A DNA stretch of 64,000 nucleotides, from NCBI GenBank assembly GCA_973895155.1, contig OZ316895.1:10652184-10716183 (forward strand). The letters are read 5' to 3'. Source of the stretch: Marsupella aquatica (lineage: Eukaryota > Plantae > Marchantiophyta). Position numbers and translations under genes: made by a program. The notes under the pieces were generated by a model. That model saw nothing but the letters and a program-made list of their open reading frames with translations, ran no database searches and was not told the DNA's origin. Positions 1-11,868 of this stretch are shown here, one piece after another (the first letter of the stretch is position 1; every line of letters starts with the position of its first letter).

Positions 1-1904
1 GTGGCAGGTCGCGGTCGAGGGAGCGTTCCAGGGAAAGAGACAGGGGTGACCGCTACAGGTCTATTTCTTCTAAATCCCCCCTTCCTTGTTCTAGTCCCAG
101 AGTAGACGCAGGAACTGGATCTGACCTTGGCTTCTACGGATCTGGATTTTGCTGTCCATGTCGATAGTCTCACTATTCAATTTGATCGTTGCAGGGGGCG
201 GCATGATAGGCATGACCGTTATTGATCGTCAATTGCCAACTTCATTTTGTTCTAAACTACAAATGTACCTCCAATGGATCCCTCAAGAGGTGGTGAGGTG
301 AGGAAGGTGATTGATGACGACCATCATTGATTCGGAGCTCCTGCAGACAAAGCCTGGAAATGTGATGTGCAACCAGAATCCTTTTCCAGTGTTTTTGGAG
401 ATGCCCATTTGACTGTTCTGGTTGGCATATTACGTAGCTGGCTTTAGCTCACAAAGCATCCACTTGATACCACTCTACTCGTGTAAGAGAGGATGCTCAT
501 GCGTGGGTATCATCCCATCACATCATGCAGTGCCACTCTGAGAGATACGTGCATTTTATTTTTAGGAAGATTAGGCTCGTTGGAGAAATACTTTGGTTTT
601 CTTTTCTTTTGATAAATCACTGCGCAATTAAGTATTATAGGGAGAAAGAGTTAAATCATTTATATATACAGTTGTACTTGTTCCATCAAGTCAAGTGTCT
701 GCTCGTACTTTGTGATATCGAATGAAGGTAAGAGGGAACGGATGGTGATTGATTCTCAACTACGGACTTTTTCCCCACGTGTATAAAGCTTAGGTTAATC
801 CCTACAATAGGTCTGCATTGGTTCATTTAACGTGTCCAGTTTCAAAGGATTACCCAGTATTGTTCCATTCCTATATTTAACATTTGATTATTATGGACTC
901 AGCATATCCTAGAGTTGTGAAGTTTTATTTGTAGATTTCTCTTCGGACGTGAAGCCTGGTTCTTGGATTTTTTTTATTTCCAAAATTAAGGCTCTACTCT
1001 GACTTAGATCTGAGTTTCGTCGCCCTTTTGGTCAGTCCGACACTGGAGTATGTGAGAATCCTGTTGTCGGGACCATTGGTTGAGATTTTGATGGGCAACA
1101 GAGAGGTGAGACTTGACTTACAAGGAGGATGTTGGGTAGAACTGGCTATGGTTGAATAAACCTTATCCCAGATTAGAATTGTTCAAGAAGGTCTGAAGCC
1201 TCAGCCCCACCACCAGCAACCGCGATAGCATACGTTTCAAGTATTATTGAGCATGTTTTTTTCTGGCCAGCACAAAGATATCTCAATGAAGGGAAGTGTG
1301 CGCCAGGTCACCAAGGTGCAGTGGAACTCAGTTGATTCCCGTATCTTAAAACGTCCATTCATGCCTAGTTGCCCACGAGGCAAAACCTACTGTAGCGAAG
1401 ATGGAGTCTGGATGAAATGTGATCGTGTTCTACCAACTCTACGTTACTTAACAACTTACGTATGGGCCCCTGAAATTGGTGGGAGTGTCGGTCAAGGAAG
1501 AATCAGGGAGCATAACTTTATAGGAGTTCTGTTCATGCGCTTTCTGTGGAAAAATGACGTTGCGCTCAACTGGGTGCTCTGCAGCTTGGTTCTGTACAAG
1601 GCACACCAGGGCATTTGCACTCGCTGCATGACTTTGATATACTTGAGGAATTTGTAGGCGGGTCGGGCTACCCATAGTGTGACGGCCATCAAGTCAGAGA
1701 CCTCAACCATTCCAATCGCTAGGAATAACTCAATGAAGCTCTACTCGAACACTAACGGTTTTCAGAAAACCTTATATCGACTTTCGTCTACCTCCACTAA
1801 CTCTCCTGTATTTCGCTGATCTTGAATAGTTTGTAAAGAAGTGAAGAGAATATATAAGCGTAGTTGTCTTTGAGCTGCATTCAATTTACGATTCTTCTTG
1901 CATG

Positions 1905-2690
1905 TTCTATTAACTACTATATATGTTAAAGTGCACAAGAACAGAAACACCTAATTGGGAGACAGGGTCAGGCAAAGCAACCCAAAATAAAAGAAGAGAA
2001 CAACCCCTAAAGTGCAAAAGAAATAAACTTCCTAACTGGAAGAGACGGTCCCAAAGGCGGAGCTAAGCAACCCATTAAATGGAGGGAAAAAACCAACTAC
2101 TATAAACTACTATATATATTAAAGTGCAAAAGAACAAAAACACCTAACTGGGAGACAGGGTCAGGCAAAGCAACCCAAAATAAAAGGAGAGAAAAAAACC
2201 CCTAAAGTGCAGAAGAACAAAAACTGCGAGAGGGTCCCAAAGGCAAAGCAAAGCAACCCAATAAATGGATGGGAAAAACCAACTAGGCCCAACCAGCCAA
2301 GAGGTCCCCCATAACAAAATAAAACACAAGGTGGCTAACTGGGAGACAGGGTCCCAAAGGCAAAGCAAAGCAACCCAATAAATGGATGGAAAAAACCAAC
2401 TACAATAAACTACTATATATATTAAAAGTGCAAAAGAACAAAAACACTTAACTGGGAGACAGGGTCAGGCAAAGCAACCCAAAATAAAAGGAGAGTAAAA
2501 ACCCCTAAAGTGCAGAAGAACAAAAACTCCTAACCCGGAGAGAGGGTCCCAAAGGCAAAGTAAAGCAACCCAATAAACGGATGGAAAAAACCAACTAGGC
2601 CCAACCAGCCAAGGGATCCCCATAACAAAAGAAAACACAAGGCATTTCTGCCTAGAGGACCAACATCTTACTGGGCAGAAATGCCTAGGA
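1905..2690. repeat. Complex tandem repeat array (~190-300 bp composite units) ending in a stem-loop; possible non-autonomous Helitron-like relic
   Basis: AACTACTATATAT...AAAGTGCA...GGGAGACAGGGTCAGGCAAAGCAACCCAAAATAAAAG recurs at ~1912, ~2105 and ~2408. The sub-block GGTCCCAAAGGC...AAGCAACCCA occurs four times. Inverted repeat GGCATTTCTGCCTAG / CTGGGCAGAAATGCC at 2641-2685, overlapping a CTAG. Confidence 0.75.
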
Positions 2691-3000
2691 GAGCTCTTTC
2701 ACGTACTATAGACTGCTTCTTTTGATTTCCCGATGGCGACAGACCACAGACCACTGTTTCGCAGTTCAGTTAGCTCATCGTTAAGGGTTGTTCGATGATT
2801 TTTATTGCTCTTCCCTTATCAGAGCTTGCCACGTAGTCAACTTTACATCTCATTACTTTAAACCATATTTTCCGATGTATTTGTACACCAAACATGCGGC
2901 CGTTCGGTCATGCCACGGGTCATGCTGATCCCTAATTCGAGTATGGACGATCAGATTCAACTCGCGCGTCAGATCGACGGCTCACGACTCTTAACGCATA

Positions 3001-3190
3001 TTTAGGGTCTCGTGGTACTCCTTAATGGAGTATTTGGTCTCCCGTATGCCGACCCGCGGGAGCGAGGAGGCATACGGTCACCCAAATACTCAATTAAGGA
3101 GTACCTTGAGACCATAAACATATACTCCCGCGGGTCCGTATATGGTCGCCCAAATACTCCATTAAAGAGTATCTTGAGACCATAAACATA
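3001..3190. repeat. Long imperfect inverted repeat with a duplicated right arm
   Basis: 3001-3050 is the reverse complement of 3069-3118 (42/50 matches by hand). A second copy of the right arm at ~3125-3186 is also complementary to 3001-3062. Confidence 0.85.
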
Positions 3191-5697
3191 TACGTATTCT
3201 CTACCGTAGGTGTAGATTCAAGACAACGCCTCGATCCCAGAAAAAAAAAGGTTGGTATCTCCTCCATTCTCGCTCTAGCATGCGAGGTGGGCGTGGGGTC
3301 CCGTCCTTGCGTTCTCGTGGCATAATTATTGCTAGGCGGGACCGCAGCTCGTAATGCATGCCCAACCCCGGTGATGCCCTCCCTGCCCAATGCATGTCTT
3401 TCTACATTTTCCTACGGCATGGCTATGGAGTTGGCGGCAGGTGAGCGCAATCGGGAAAGGGAAACACCGTGCAGGGTAGGATATTGCACCCCGGCGGCGG
3501 CTCTCCCTCTCTTTTGTAGTGCCGCGAAAGCTTCTCAAGCTGGCATCCTACTCGCTCCTGCTCCTGTAGTGTAGAAATTGGTGGGCGGTACAATCTCTTG
3601 CGCCTTCTCTGGACCATTCCAGATTTCCAGAAACTGACTCGGCTGCAAGTGCGCTCACGGCCTTCGAAAGGCTCCATTCAACGGTATTTGGTGGCGTTCG
3701 ATTTACGTTCCCTCTCCTTCGATACATGTTTTCACTGCATTTTGTTTTTCCTCAGTAGGTGCGGCGATTGCTACAGGATATTGCACTAGATCTCAAACAT
3801 CGATGCATTTCATTCCGTTTCACAGGAGCGATGTTTACTGACTGAAGGAAATGAACGAGTGTTGAAACCTCAAAAGCTTAGTAGTCGAGGATAATATGAC
3901 ACAGAAGCGAGAATGTACGCTAGAGGAAGTAACCGGGAGGGTACAAAATACATTAGGAAGGGGGAACACAACTCATGAATGACGAAAAGCGTGTCCCATA
4001 GATGTGCAAGTCAGATCATTTCTTTGTGACCAAACGTTCTTTGGTCACTCCCCTAGTGTAGTTCCTTTTTGTCACGAAATGCCAAATTGAGCACAACTGC
4101 CTTCGCGTCTTTCTCTCCTTGCCTCACAAGAGGGTGAGTTGCAACCAAAGTGAAACTCAAATCAAGTCCAGTACAGTAGTGCAATCCAGGCGGTTCGAAT
4201 AATTGTAGCCCGGGTACGAGCTAGATAGGAAAGCAAGTGTGGACAGGTTGATAGAGTTGGGCAGGACTTGAACAGAACGACAAGGAGGGTCCTTTTCCCA
4301 CCGTGAGCTGGGCCCTGAAATCCTCACTCCTGGACCATGAGCCCAGGCGAGTCAGAGGATTAGAGGTTCAGAGCATGTATACCGTTCGTAGGTACGGGAC
4401 AGCTTCTTATGTGAGGACAAGATTGCCGAAAGTTACGAGGACGAAAAGCAATTCAATGGATGAGAACCGCAAAGCATTGCAGACTTACAGACTACATTCC
4501 CCTATTTGGTCACTTTCTACTACTCCTACACACAACTACTTCAACAAGGCACCACCAAAGGTTTTTGGGTAGTTCCTTCTTCGGCGAGTCGAGTCCTGTT
4601 GTAGTGAGTAGAGGCCACCATTCCCGTTCCGCCCAAGCTTCAATCAGCCGTTAGGCAACGTTTGTACTCTCACCTCAGTCCAGCCTTCATGGTTTCGTTA
4701 ATTGGACAGTACTTCTCCGAAACCGGGTGGACAGTGGAGTGGAGACATCCATTGCCATGGGAAAGTGTACAGTACAGGGTGGAGTCTTTATGGGGTCTTT
4801 TCTAGTGGTGGAGAGAGACTCATCGGGATATACAGACCCATTTGCAATCCACGAAAAATATACACTGTACTACCCCAATTTGCCTCCATCACCGTTCCAG
4901 TGTTCCGCCATCAGAGAGAGGACCATCATAGGCAATCTATGGAACATCAGCACCTATCAAAATCCACAATCCACAATCTTTCCTGGCCACAGTTGTGAAG
5001 ACAAGTTGAATGGTACTACCTCCGTCCCATAATAATACTCTAGTTAAATGCTCATTCCTCCAATAATTTAATTAAGAAAACCGTTTGATTAAACTGACAG
5101 AACCCAATCGGTCCGACAAAGAAGTCTAGATGGCCCACCTGATTTATAAACATATCCTCATGGACTTGAAGATCACGCCCAAAACTCTCGTGGCTGCCAG
5201 ATGTTATCTATTACACTAACGAGTAAGAGTAAGACTCTAAGATGTGAATTGAAAATAAGACATTCATCTGTGGAAATTCTTTGTCATAGTAGCCTGGCTG
5301 GAACTCTCTTTCCAAGCTATGTCCAAGTAGCACAGGAATAGCCACTTTGATTGAATATCCACGGAGAAATTGAGAGGTAGCATTCATTGATAAAAACCTC
5401 TTGAATGTGGGAATAGAGTATAGTGGTTGGGTGGGTGACTGAAGGTATGATCTTTGGAAATTTGTAGCTCTGCCAATTGTGGATCAAATTCTGTGATATT
5501 GGACAGATTGAAAACTTTTTCCAAACCTCTCCTAACAAACCAAGGAATAACTGTTTGAGTGGCATGGTGGGAGAATGAACACCCATTTTATCTGACACAA
5601 TTATCTTTAGACATAATCCCGTTCAGAAGATTGTTTGACATGCCTTGCACAACCATTGGACATAGGTGAGTTTGCTCCACATATATTAGTTCTTTCT

Positions 5698-5728
5698 ACC
5701 CTAACCCCTAAACCCTAAACCCTAAACC
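5698..5728. repeat. Short interstitial plant telomere-type repeat (CCCTAAA)n
   Basis: accctaaccccTAAACCCTAAACCCTAAACC. Confidence 0.7.
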
Positions 5729-8700
5729 TGTGCGGGTAAAGCCTAAACATAATTTGGTCTTTTGTTTTTGTGTCAAAGGGGACCCAAGCCTAAATATAAA
5801 TTGCTCTTTTGTTTTTGTGTCAAAGGAGACCCATCCAACATGGGATGGAAGATCAACTTTGGAGTAGTACCCTTGTAGGGTAGCCATAAGGGGGTCATAC
5901 CCAGGGTTCTGGACCAGGAGAGTAAGAGAGCCCCAAAATGGATGGCCAGGGGTTGAAAAGAAACCAGTACTCCCACCACACAACCCCACCCACACACACA
6001 TACCTTGAGTTAGGGGAGATCTCACTTGGGATGTCTTGGTTGTAACCCAAGTGCAATCCCCCCTTTACACCTAAGCCAGTTGCTTATAATTTGGCCTTTT
6101 GCAACTAAATAAGAACACACTGACATGGGTGATTTGCTAATTGTATGATTTTCTCCTTCACTCCCTGTCTCAAATGTCTCGTCTAATCTTGGTCATCGAA
6201 AGGTGGCTCTGTCTTTTTTTTACTGCCCGTGGTCCAGGAAGTGGGTGCCATAAGAGGTCACATGGAAGCCCCTAAAATCACGGTTCAAAGAATCAAAGCA
6301 GTCCAAAAGCTAAATCTCGTTATATACGGTGAAATGGGTACTTTTCTAATTGCATGCTTTTCTCATTCGCTTCCCGTCTCAAATGCAGCTTTTATTCTTG
6401 GACATCACATTGGTCAAATGTAGGTTCTTCTTTTCCGACCGCAGGCCAGGAGGCAGGAGGTGGGTGTCATAGGTGTCATAGGGAAGGGGAGCTCTAGCTA
6501 ACATCAAGGTTCGAAGCACATGTAAAATGTTTAGGGTTTCGGGTTTCCTGTTTCTGGGGATTAAAAAATAGGATACTAGGGTCGACCCCATACTACGGCA
6601 AGCGTGATATTGTAGGTGTCTGAAATGGATCTGACTTATGTTGCTGTTTGGCTGAGGGCCTTCTTGGAACTCGGTCTGGTGCTTTTGTAGTTTTGTTCCT
6701 CAAGTCCATCTCCCAAGAATCCCCCATGCTGATTGGTGATCGAAGGGAATATTTTGGAGGAGTGGATTTGTCAGTCATCTCTTCTCACGCAATTTCAAAT
6801 CACTCTTCTTGACCCTCCTACTCGGTTTATTCATGACTTTTACCATGGTTTTTAGTTTCCTGTTGAGTGTGGTTTTAGTTCCTTGGCAGTTGTGGGGCCC
6901 TCTATTTTTTGGGCTTTTTGGCCTTGCTAGGGGTTTACCTTGTTTTTTCCCTTTTTATTGATCTCCTGCCTAGTTCTTGTTCCTGGTTGACACTTGTAAC
7001 TTGTTGATCTATGGCAGTGTGATATATATATAATTGCATATATACAGATGAGTGTGTGATACAAGAGCCCAATGAGTTTGCAGTACCGGATTAACGGGCG
7101 CGAAGCACAGATAGTGAGGGTGAGGCACAAAGGGCAAAGTATGGATGGTGAGGCATGGGAGGGTGAGGCATGGACAGCAAGGCAGAGGGCATATGGCCTA
7201 CCAAACAGTGACAAAAACCATTTTTTAAGCAAACAGTTACAATTTTTTCTGCCCACATGACCTGAATACAGTCAAGCTGGCAGAATGAGTGGGATCGGTT
7301 ACTATAATATGTGGATACATATCAATAGAAACTGGGAGAGGGTGATACAAGCCAGGTGGTGGGGAATAAAACCAGGCCCCTTTCCAAAAGTCACAAGAAG
7401 ACTGAATGAAATCATTATAGTCTTAGCAAATTCTAGTCCATACCACCTACAATACCTTACCATGGCTACCTTACCGTAGGAAATCAGTTGTACATTGATA
7501 GGCAGGTCGCAATATTTGACTTCACTTTGTTCAGTCAAATACCACTGTAAAATAGCTCAGCCCATGCCATCGCACACGCCCAATCCCTCCAACTAGGTGG
7601 TCGATATGTAAATCCTAGAACATTTGAACCATTTATTTGTAGAGCTATAGAAATTGTATAGACTTTGTAAAAGCCACCTCAAGCCAAGCCAGAGAGTGGC
7701 TAGTTGGCTACTAAGAGTGGCTATTTCTGGGGCTGTGAGGTTCTTGCCCATCCCTCCCAATTCATGGCTTCACTCCAACAGGCAGCTGATGTTTTTCAGC
7801 GCGTGTCACCCATACCTGCCAGTGCACAAGGTCTAGAATGATGCAAGAGTGAAAACAAAGTTTCTTCAACGAAGTGCTAGAATCACTTTGCATCTAAAAG
7901 CAAGTCATTGAAGTTTAGGGCAGTTGCACTCAATTTTGCTTGCATGCCATAGTAGTATGCCATTTGACTTGTCACACCAATATTGGGACTCTTGACAGAA
8001 TGAACTTAAGATGATGTTTTGTTTGCAAAATCTTGAGTTTATAGGATTGGATCCAGCCCAGATCAGCTGGCATATTCTAGCTAAGCCCATATGGTTTGGA
8101 TTCCGGCAGGTCTCAGGTTCTTACCTCGCCTTGACCCAACTTTTGGACACTCCACCTCAAAGTTGACCACACTCAAGTTAGGCTTTGATGGCCGTCACCT
8201 GCTCCTGTGCTCCGTGCTCTGCCAATTGTGCCCTTTTCTCAGGGCTCACTGAAGGCTGGCCCCAATGTTCAAGTAAACCACAGCTGCACATATAAGAGCT
8301 ATGGGCCCTAGCTCTCATTTTCACTATGAGTGGAGGGATGGGCAGAAGTGTTGGGGTGAGGCCAACCTTTTAAGGTGAGCTCCACTTTTTCGGTTGGCTC
8401 CACTATTCACTGTTGGCAGGAATGAACATAGGAAGGGGGCCCTTTTATGTGGGAAGGTGTGTTTAACATCGAAGTATATGTTGTGAGCCTGCGGGAGAGT
8501 CGTTTGGCTCTGCTCTCACCCTGTCAACTGAACCAATTGACAACTCATGCTGTGACTGAACTTGCCCTGTTAATAATTGCCTATTAGAGAAACCTCTATG
8601 GTAGCCTCTTTTTTACTTAGGTGTTTACAGGCTCCACCAATCATTCTATTTAATGGCTTTATCTTTCTGACTTCTTGGTCTGTTCCTTCTCTTTTTGTCA

Positions 8701-9660
8701 CCTCCCTGTGCTTGTTGTGGCTGGGGTTCAAGAATACTTGGGGTCCTTTTCTGGCATCCATTCAAACAACCTGCTAATTGTTATTGTTAATAAAGAAAAC
8801 TCATTTGAGGGAAAAAAAAAAAAGCAATTGTTGTTTTGGCCACCCTTTCGTACCTGCTGATGTATCTATCTATACAGTGTAATGTGCAATCCCACTCTTT
8901 CTTTCTAGAGGCCCAGTTACAAAATCTCATTCTGGCGGGAGGCCTCTGGATTCTTGGGACACTTTCTCCTGACAATGAGATCAACCTAAGGTGTCACTTG
9001 CCAGAGCTAGCTTGCACACTCCTTGAAATCTAGTTGCCAGATAGACTCACCTATACCCTGCAAAGATGAGTGTGTGACCATCATATTTTGGACATTAATT
9101 TGGCTCAATATCACTCACTATCCTACTACTATCAACAACAGTTTGTGATGCAAGGACATTGGACTGCTGTAGTTCGTCAACAAACAATATTATGTTGCAA
9201 ATTTTTCCCTGACATCCCTGTGGATTTTATAAAGCCATCAGTCCATTTACACCAGAAATTTTGATTGTGTTTTGGATGGGATTTGCCCCAGTACTTTTTT
9301 CAGGTATTCTACTAACTTTAACCTCTCGGTTTTAGTGGACTTCCCCATTTATTTGGAAATTTTTTGGATTGTATATCAAATTTTTGCAACATGTTCCCTG
9401 ATGCAGTATCTATTACCTGATAAAATTTTGAGATTTTTCTGAGATTGTTTGTTCCAATTCCAATCAACACAAATATAGAGAAAATAGGAAAAACTTCTCA
9501 TTTGTGAAGGATGCCCTTGACTAGTTTGGGCATGGGCAGCCGCTTACCACAATTTACAAGTCACATTTAAAATGAAACTGAAAGGAGTGCTATCAGCTTC
9601 TGTTTATATATTTTGCCAAAGTCCATCTTAGCTACAGTTAAGCTCGGTTGGACCGAGGGG

Positions 9661-9870
9661 TTTGTTTTGCCCATCCCCATGGACTGTGACACACACGGCT
9701 TCACTTTACACCCAAAATCCACATTGTCAGCCTATCTTAAGAAGGATGCTTCACTTTTGAGAAGTACTTTGTTTTGCCCATCCCCATGGACTGTGACACA
9801 CACAGCTTCACTTCACACCCAAAATCCACATTGTCTGCCTATCTTAAGAAGGGCGCTTCACTTTTGAGAA
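9661..9870. repeat. Direct tandem duplication (~107 bp x2) abutting the copia insertion
   Basis: TTTGTTTTGCCCATCCCCATGGACTGTGACACACAC...CTTCACTTTTGAGAA occurs twice with a few substitutions. Confidence 0.9.
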
Positions 9871-10214
9871 TGTTAGATATTGCTCTAGTCTTGTGACTCA
9901 TGAGCTAACCACAGTTAGTCTAACTCGGGTTAGGACTTAGCTAATGTTAGCGGTAGTGCTGTTGTGCATATAGCCAGGGCTGATGCCAGACCCTGGTGGA
10001 AATTAGGCTCATTGTCACGGAGCTAGTTGAGAGATAGGGAGAGCTTGTGCTGTGGATGCTTGGTATGGCCGGTCGGCCTAGAGTGCAGTAAAGCTCTTGT
10101 GTGTTCCCGTGGACGTAGCCTCATATGGAGGTGAACCACGTATTTCTCTGTGTCGACAATTGTGCGTTGGATGGTTCATGGGCTTGCCGTTACGAATGTC
10201 GTCTATGGTCAACA
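9871..10214 (+). repeat. 5' LTR of copia element
   Basis: TG...CA termini. About 94% identical to 14628-14971 (20 differences counted by hand). Confidence 0.96.
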
Positions 10215-10216
10215 AG

Positions 10217-10228
10217 TGGTATCAGAGC
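10217..10228 (+). other. Primer binding site complementary to initiator tRNA-Met 3' end
   Basis: TGGTATCAGAGC lies 2 nt after the 5' LTR. This is the canonical plant copia tRNAiMet PBS. Confidence 0.93.
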
Positions 10229-11868
10229 ATGCCTGGGAGGTGACAAAGTTTTTTCATGATAGGTTTTTCCAGCGTTCATTGTAGGTGGCACATTTGGAGT
10301 TTTGTTGCATGAAACTCAAATGTGTGTGACTGAGCGGATAGGTTAGTGAGAGGGCTTTCTAACGGTGGTTAGAACTCGCTGATCGGTATCCGTGGTGCGG
10401 AGGAATTGAAGTTTGCGTTGTTCAGGGTTTATTCATGTTAGACGGTATTCCCGGGGAGAGACCTGAGTTTGCATTTTTCAACGGTGTGAGCTGTGCGGTG
10501 CGGGGAGGGATCGCACATTATAGCTCAAGTTGAAGGTTGAAGCGAGCTGGTTGTTTCGGTAGTTGGATTGCTGCCGAGTTGTTACCGAGTGCGACATGAC
10601 GAGTGACGGAGGCGTTCAGGTTTTTTCACAAGCTATGGAGCTTGTTCCCATCTGAACCGGGTTTCTCCTCATGACATACGACTCGGTGGAAGAAACGTGA
10701 AGTGCTACGGCTCAATGGTTTGATTGCGGCGAGGCGGTCATTTTGAGCCCGGGATTTGCACTTAACGCGGAGTGAAGGTGACGCGGCGGAAATTGTTTAC
10801 TCAGTTGGAGTTGCAGACTGTGCTGGTGCAATTCGGCAACATTTACCGTCAGTGGCGTTCACTTTTCTTGTTGGAAACGGCAGCTGTTAAGGTGTGTAAT
10901 CGGCCATTTTTAATTAAGGTCATTTTTGGACTTTTACAGGGGTTACTTACCCCCTTGTGTGTATACCCTGTGTGTGTATACACACAGGGTCGGCCCCATA
11001 CCAGCTGTGTATTTGCGTCCCCCCCACACCCCGTTTCTCCCCGGCCCTGCGTACCGTGTATACCCCCCCCCGCACCCCTGATTATAAGGCGCCCACGCGC
11101 TCACTCCCCACACCCCGGCCCCCGTTAAACTGCTTCCCGCGATGCGGCTGCAGCCGCCGGTCGCCCTCCCTCTCCCGCCTTGCCCTTATACGAGCCCCGA
11201 CGTTCCTCCCCAATCCGGCCCCTGTCTAACGTGTACCTGACCATACGCCTTGTAAATGCCCGGCCCAATACGCGTATACTCCCTGGCCCGCCTCGCGTCG
11301 CGTATACGACGCGGATGCGCCTTTTTTTCTTATACCTGTATTGTTGGTTTTAAGGGGCTTAGCACCCCCTTTAAGGGCCTATTTTTAACCATTTTTTTCT
11401 TCCTCTTGTTTTCCCTTGTGCCGGGACCTGCCACCCTCCATTTTAACCGCTCCGACAGGGGGAACGGCCCCCTGTGAGACTTGTCAAATTGTGCAGGAAT
11501 ATTCTCGAAAAACAGAGAGCTATTTTTGGGCCGTTTGACAAAGATTCTCTCCGCCGAACGGTAACTTTTTTGGTTCTTTTTTGTGAGGACGTTGCCACTG
11601 GAGTTAGCAACGCGGTGCACCGATCACATCATGATTCTGATGACGGGTTGTACTTGGTATTTTGGTTATTCTTCGAGGTGGTCAAAATGGGGGAGATTCC
11701 CAAGGTTTTACCCACCCCGACCAAAATTTGAATAACTTTTCCGTCAAATTTTGATTTTGATTTTGGCTTTCAGTATTGGACTCCTAGCTTCGTAGGCTAC
11801 GCGGCGGTGTTGAGTTTTGAGTTTTATGAGAAGTTTCAAAAAAAGATGTTTTTTTGTTATTGTTTCAT

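Noticed and set aside
200-1700. Possible decayed LINE (faint resemblance to an RT C-terminal zinc-binding region)
   Set aside because: No diagnostic motif could be read with confidence. It needs blastx.
4700-5030. F-box-associated-like snippet (ICNPRKIYTVLP)
   Set aside because: Too short, with no F-box motif or coherent gene structure.
5698-5728. Chromosome end or fusion scar
   Set aside because: Only 3-4 repeat units. Such short CCCTAAA tracts are common inside plant repeats and promoters.
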